From IMG/VR virus record IMGVR_UViG_3300012943_000006, positions 1 to 57,985 of that record: DNA of 57,985 bases. One strand, given 5' to 3'. Under the pieces are notes generated by a model. It was given only the letters and a program-made list of their open reading frames with translations, was not told the DNA's origin and did not search any database. Below, piece after piece: positions 54,526 to 57,985 of the stretch. The translations under genes and the position numbers were made by a program. Numbering within the stretch: position 1 is the first letter of the stretch; the number at the start of each line of letters is the position of its first letter. Source of the DNA: a virus (lineage: Duplodnaviria > Caudoviricetes).

Positions 54526-54734
54526 TCCGGTCCCCTCCGTCTCGCGATCTCGCTGTCTGTCGCATCGCGCAGGTTGACCAGGCCGGTGTATGTGAGTCTG
54601 TCGAGGACCTGGCGAGACGCGTCCTTATCTTGGCTGAAAAGCCTGGCCCCCGTAGTCAAGGCGAATCGGTAAGCGAGCCACCCGACGATAACTCCGACGA
54701 GGAACCCCATGACAATGGTCATGGCCTCAGTCAC
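54522..54734 (-). CDS. membrane protein
   Basis: N-terminal TM; coupled. Confidence 0.55.
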   Translation of the reverse strand: MTEAMTIVMGFLVGVIVGWLAYRFALTTGARLFSQDKDASRQVLDRLTYTGLVNLRDATDSEIARRRGPE

Positions 54735-54870
54735 CCCACCCGTCGTGTCCCCGGGTCCATTCGGCCTCTCGGTCTTTGTTGTCCGCGCACATCGCTAGCG
54801 CCAGGGTTGTTATTGCCGCCCCGACTGTCACTCCGACCACTGCCGCCAGCAAAACCCAGTACCAGTCCAT
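54727..54870 (-). CDS. small membrane protein
   Basis: MDWYWVLLAAVVGVTVGAA TM segment. Confidence 0.55.
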   Translation of the reverse strand: MDWYWVLLAAVVGVTVGAAITTLALAMCADNKDREAEWTRGHDGWGD

Positions 54871-54877
54871 CTCGCCC

Positions 54878-55459
54878 CTAACGGTAGAATGCCCCTCTGC
54901 AACCCCACCCGGACAAACCGTAGCGCCTGTAGATCGCGAGCGCAACCTCGTACTGCTGACGTGGCGTAGCCAGATACGCTTCCGACGGATAAGGTCCCGC
55001 CTTCTTGTCAGCACTGGCAACGAACCCGTCCCAAGAGGAGACCGCGAACCCGAACGCCCCCTGGTAGGAGCCGGAATTGTGCCGCCAGTTCGGGTCGCCC
55101 CCGTACCCGGTCTCACACGAGCCGACCCCGTACCAGCTGCGAGGGAGCCACTTCTGCCAATCAAACTGATATGTGTGCCAAGCGACGTACTCCACATGCG
55201 CACGCCCTGCACGGCCGCGCCACTCGGCTGCTCTCCTCCTGGCGACGTCGCACGGGTACCACGCCCGTGGGACAGCACCCTGTAAACCCATCTCCGTACG
55301 GCTCGCAGTGTAAGCACGCCGGTAGAAACCGATCGCCTGTTGTGTCCCCGGGCAACGTTCCGGGAGGACGAACTGGAACAGCGTCGAGCTTTCACTTGCC
55401 TGTCCCGCGTTTGCGCCGACCAGAGCTACCAGTGTCGCTAGCAACAGGAGCTTTCTCAC
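54878..55459 (-). CDS. secreted resuscitation-promoting factor (Rpf)-like lytic transglycosylase
   Basis: Signal peptide (MRKLLLL...GQA); W..V.SCE.G...NW....Y.GA.GF..SSW...A..ATP.QQ..VA..IY...G.SGWGC. Confidence 0.82.
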   Translation of the reverse strand: MRKLLLLATLVALVGANAGQASESSTLFQFVLPERCPGTQQAIGFYRRAYTASRTEMGLQGAVPRAWYPCDVARRRAAEWRGRAGRAHVEYVAWHTYQFDWQKWLPRSWYGVGSCETGYGGDPNWRHNSGSYQGAFGFAVSSWDGFVASADKKAGPYPSEAYLATPRQQYEVALAIYRRYGLSGWGCRGAFYR

Positions 55460-55621
55460 GTGTGTCCTTTGTCCGTTTGCGAACGGGTGTCGGAGATCGC
55501 GCCTCCTCCACCTCGGGCCACGGAGCGAACCCGACCGGCCGCGCGTTCACTTTCAGCGGCAGGATCGTGATCGTCGACGCCGACAGTTTGGCGTACGTCC
55601 GTGGGTCGGTCTGTGCCTGCA

Positions 55622-55885
55622 TCAGATCCCGGGAACGCTACCAGCCCGGGCTACCTCCAGGCCAGTCCCCCGCAAGCGGGTCACGACAAGCTCCACGCCG
55701 TTCGCGTCCAACGGCAGGGTGACGGTCATGCCGTTCGGGCAGACGAACCGGAGGATCTTCCCGCCGCTCGGCCCGTCAGACACCTGTACCGAACACGTAT
55801 GCAAGACCAACTCCTGTACCACCGGCGGAGCCACGGCCATCTGCGGCTGCGACGGCGTCGTCCTCATACCAGGGATGTGCGGCAT
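55622..55885 (-). CDS. hypothetical protein
   Basis: RBS AGAGAGG; overlaps the upstream ORF. Confidence 0.55.
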   Translation of the reverse strand: MPHIPGMRTTPSQPQMAVAPPVVQELVLHTCSVQVSDGPSGGKILRFVCPNGMTVTLPLDANGVELVVTRLRGTGLEVARAGSVPGI

Positions 55886-56315
55886 TGTGCCTCTCTTCTG
55901 CTCGTCTCGAGCGCTCTTTGTTGTCTTTGCTGTAAACGCCCAGACACAGGTCGAGCCTGCCGATCTTCCGCAGCAGGTTCAGTTCCGGGTGAGCGTTTTT
56001 GGTCATAGCTCGGCTGCCGATCAAGTCTGTCAGGATCATCTGCGGGCTGGAGATACACTGGACCATCCACCGGCCTTCCCACTTTTCAGAGATCCCGATC
56101 GCGTCTTGCAGGCAGTCAAGCACACCGCACGACTCTACCACCTTGGTCGGCCCGAACCGGCCGCCGACCTTCTCCTGGTGGTGGAACCCGCCGACATGTC
56201 TGGTCCTTTCCTCCCCTGTCTCCGGGTTGCAGAAAGTGACGGTCACACCGTCGACCGCACGGTCGCGGGTGCTGAACTGGAACGGGCGGAGCAAGCCCCG
56301 TGGTTTCTTGGTCAT
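55776..56315 (-). CDS. hypothetical protein
   Basis: ATGA coupling; 179 aa. Confidence 0.55.
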   Translation of the reverse strand: MTKKPRGLLRPFQFSTRDRAVDGVTVTFCNPETGEERTRHVGGFHHQEKVGGRFGPTKVVESCGVLDCLQDAIGISEKWEGRWMVQCISSPQMILTDLIGSRAMTKNAHPELNLLRKIGRLDLCLGVYSKDNKERSRRAEERHNAAHPWYEDDAVAAADGRGSAGGTGVGLAYVFGTGV

Positions 56316-56590
56316 GCCGCGTCGTCGCCCGGGAAGTCTGGCTCGGCCAACGGCCGGGGCATGAAGCTCGCGACCGCCGGTGGCACCGTCTGCCCACGGG
56401 CCGCCAGGTGCTGCTGTAGCTCAGCGATGATCGCGTTTTTCGCCTGGATCTGGCCTTGGAACGCCTTGTCCCTTTGCTCCAGGTTTTTGATCTGCGACTT
56501 CATCTCCGCGATCTGGTGCTCGAGCGCGCGGACGTGGTCGCTCTCTGTCCAGGGTGAGGGGGCCGTAGTCCCCTCCTCCTGTCCGCTCAT
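56312..56590 (-). CDS. coiled-coil protein
   Basis: LEHQIAEMKSQIKNLE heptads; ATGA coupling. Confidence 0.6.
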   Translation of the reverse strand: MSGQEEGTTAPSPWTESDHVRALEHQIAEMKSQIKNLEQRDKAFQGQIQAKNAIIAELQQHLAARGQTVPPAVASFMPRPLAEPDFPGDDAA

Positions 56591-57303
56591 CCCGATCCTT
56601 GCACGACGGCGTAGCAGCCGGGCTTGATCCCGTTGCCGCCTTTGTACCAGCGGCGCGGTGTCCCGTCCGCCAGGCTCTTGCACACGTGCCCGACCTTCTT
56701 GACCGGCGGGTTGTCCGGCTTCGGGGTTTTCGCCGCTGGCTTCCGCACGGGCTTCGGCTTCGGCTTCACCTTGACCACGACCTTCACCGGCGGGACCGTC
56801 ACTGTGGCTGTCGTGGTCGTTGTCGCGGGTGTAACCACCGCTGTGGCCCCGGTCTCTGTCTTCGGGACCACCGGGTCGACCGGCCGTGGGGCACAGTCGT
56901 CGTTCGTCCCCCCGCTGGCGTCGTGTCCGCCGTCTTTGTCCGCCCCGACAAACGTGCAGCCGTGCGTCGGTGTCGTGGGGGTGGGCGTGGTCGGCGTGGT
57001 CTCCGTCGGCGTTGTCTCTGTGGGCGTGGTCTCCGTGGGTGTCGTGTCGGTCGGCGTGGTCTCGCCCGGCAAACAGTGGTCCTCGTTCACCCCGCCGTTC
57101 TTCGGCCCGTGCTCGTCGCAGTCCTGGCCGTGGCCCGGCTGCGGATCGGGCCTACAGTCCTTCCCCGTGTTCCCGTGGCTGCAGTCGCCTTGGCCCGGAG
57201 GTCCGCCCTGCGGCGGGGTCGCCAGGGCTGCTGCCCCCAGCCCCAGTGTGACGAGACCCACGGCCGCTACGACCGTCAGGACCCGTTTCAGGTTGGTGGT
57301 CAT
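56587..57303 (-). CDS. secreted Thr/Pro-rich (mucin-like) protein
   Basis: Signal peptide ending ALA; Cys/His/Gly-rich segment; [E/D]TTPT x5; Lys/Pro-rich; Cys-bounded C-terminus. Confidence 0.75.
   Translation of the reverse strand: MTTNLKRVLTVVAAVGLVTLGLGAAALATPPQGGPPGQGDCSHGNTGKDCRPDPQPGHGQDCDEHGPKNGGVNEDHCLPGETTPTDTTPTETTPTETTPTETTPTTPTPTTPTHGCTFVGADKDGGHDASGGTNDDCAPRPVDPVVPKTETGATAVVTPATTTTTATVTVPPVKVVVKVKPKPKPVRKPAAKTPKPDNPPVKKVGHVCKSLADGTPRRWYKGGNGIKPGCYAVVQGSG
56965..57063. repeat. 15-bp degenerate tandem coding repeat ([E/D]TTPT)
   Basis: GTSGGCGTGGTCTC-like units repeated in phase. Confidence 0.8.
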
Positions 57304-57482
57304 TCTCCATGCTCCTTGTTCTTGTTCGGCTTTTTACACAGTGGATGGTGTTTGCCGTCTAGCTGTCCGCAGAACCGGCAGGTCCGCCGTGCCAGGTCGT
57401 CCTGGCGTTTCATGGCCTCCTTGCCCATGTTCTCGAGGTACCGGCGGCGTTCCAGGTCTGCGCGGTCACTAGCTGCGCTCAT
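57300..57482 (-). CDS. small Zn-finger protein
   Basis: CRFC...HHPLC; RBS GAAGGAAG. Confidence 0.55.
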   Translation of the reverse strand: MSAASDRADLERRRYLENMGKEAMKRQDDLARRTCRFCGQLDGKHHPLCKKPNKNKEHGE

Positions 57483-57524
57483 AAGCTTCCTTCTGCGCGT
57501 GCGCGTGCGATCCCACCCATCCCC

Positions 57525-57555
57525 ATACTACAACACGCCGGGCGGTGGCTGTCAA
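57525..57555 (-). promoter_or_regulatory. possible promoter TTGACA-N19-TAGTAT
   Basis: Perfect -35 but long spacer; intergenic. Confidence 0.4.
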
Positions 57556-57983
57556 CCTGCGGGTTCCTTGGTGTCTTGCAGGGCGGCGCTCGCGCGGATG
57601 TCTACTCCGTCAGCCGATACGCGGCCCGTGGTCGAGCCGAGTGCCCATGTCCTGAGTTCCCGTAGCGCGGAACGCGCTCGTTCTGCCCGTTCCACCGCCC
57701 GGTCACGATCGGCCTCGGCACCCTCGGCGCGTTCCATCTGCACGCGATAGCCGAACTCCCGCTGCGCAAGCACACCCTCGGCGGATCGAAGCTGCTGTTC
57801 CAGTTCGTCCACCCGCTCGTGCATCGCGTCGTACTCGGACTGGTCGAATGGATGCTCAAGTTCCTGCCAACGCTCGCGGTAGTCGTCTACCGCATCCGCC
57901 AGGACGCTGATCGCGCCGTCCTCGCGCTGGTAGCGACGAGCGTAGGTGAGCGCCCGCTGGATCTGCTCGTCGGTGTGTCTCAT
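57552..57983 (-). CDS. coiled-coil hypothetical protein
   Basis: 143 aa; start lies in the terminal overlap. Confidence 0.65.
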   Translation of the reverse strand: MRHTDEQIQRALTYARRYQREDGAISVLADAVDDYRERWQELEHPFDQSEYDAMHERVDELEQQLRSAEGVLAQREFGYRVQMERAEGAEADRDRAVERAERARSALRELRTWALGSTTGRVSADGVDIRASAALQDTKEPAG

Positions 57984-57985
57984 CC
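57956..57985. repeat. 30-bp direct terminal repeat (right copy)
   Basis: Identical to 1-30. Confidence 0.95.

Noticed and set aside
55392-55622. 76-aa ORF between 55622 and the Rpf gene
   Set aside because: TGATG-coupled but overlaps Rpf by 68 nt and has no motif; too weak to call

Overview
The window appears to be a complete, circularly assembled genome (~57,955 bp; the first and last 30 nt are identical) of a high-GC tailed phage, probably infecting an actinobacterium. Almost all genes lie on the minus strand, apart from a plus-strand island at 18.7-22.3 kb. In transcription order on the minus strand the modules are: secreted/membrane accessory genes including a stand-alone Rpf-like transglycosylase; a portal; ~10 kb of coupled multidomain head genes; major capsid; neck, tail and lysis genes. 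A second arm carries recombination/replication genes (HicA-like, RecB/Cas4-like exonuclease, DUF488, AAA ATPase, SSB, HNH, Rep initiator with iterons, helicase loader), a PurZ0-like nucleotide-modification cluster, RuvC, the terminases and a seven-gene glycosylation cluster. I recognised no integrase, DNA polymerase, tRNA or CRISPR array. The most striking signal is a ~22-aa peptide, [F/W]DES[K/E/D]HPRxxxGxxxGGx[F/W], repeated nine times across five head genes. Each copy follows a small-residue xAA/SG-like site and most precede a different enzymatic domain (GNAT, PD-(D/E)XK nuclease, Zn peptidase region, two ARTs, DUF3626, kinase), suggesting a tagged, protease-released set of capsid-packaged effectors. 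Other highlights are a promoter-driven antisense structured RNA candidate with four unpaired GGAG motifs and two palindromic loops, and a capsid mRNA leader with three GUA-triloop hairpins. All family assignments come from recognising motifs by eye; no database searches were run.
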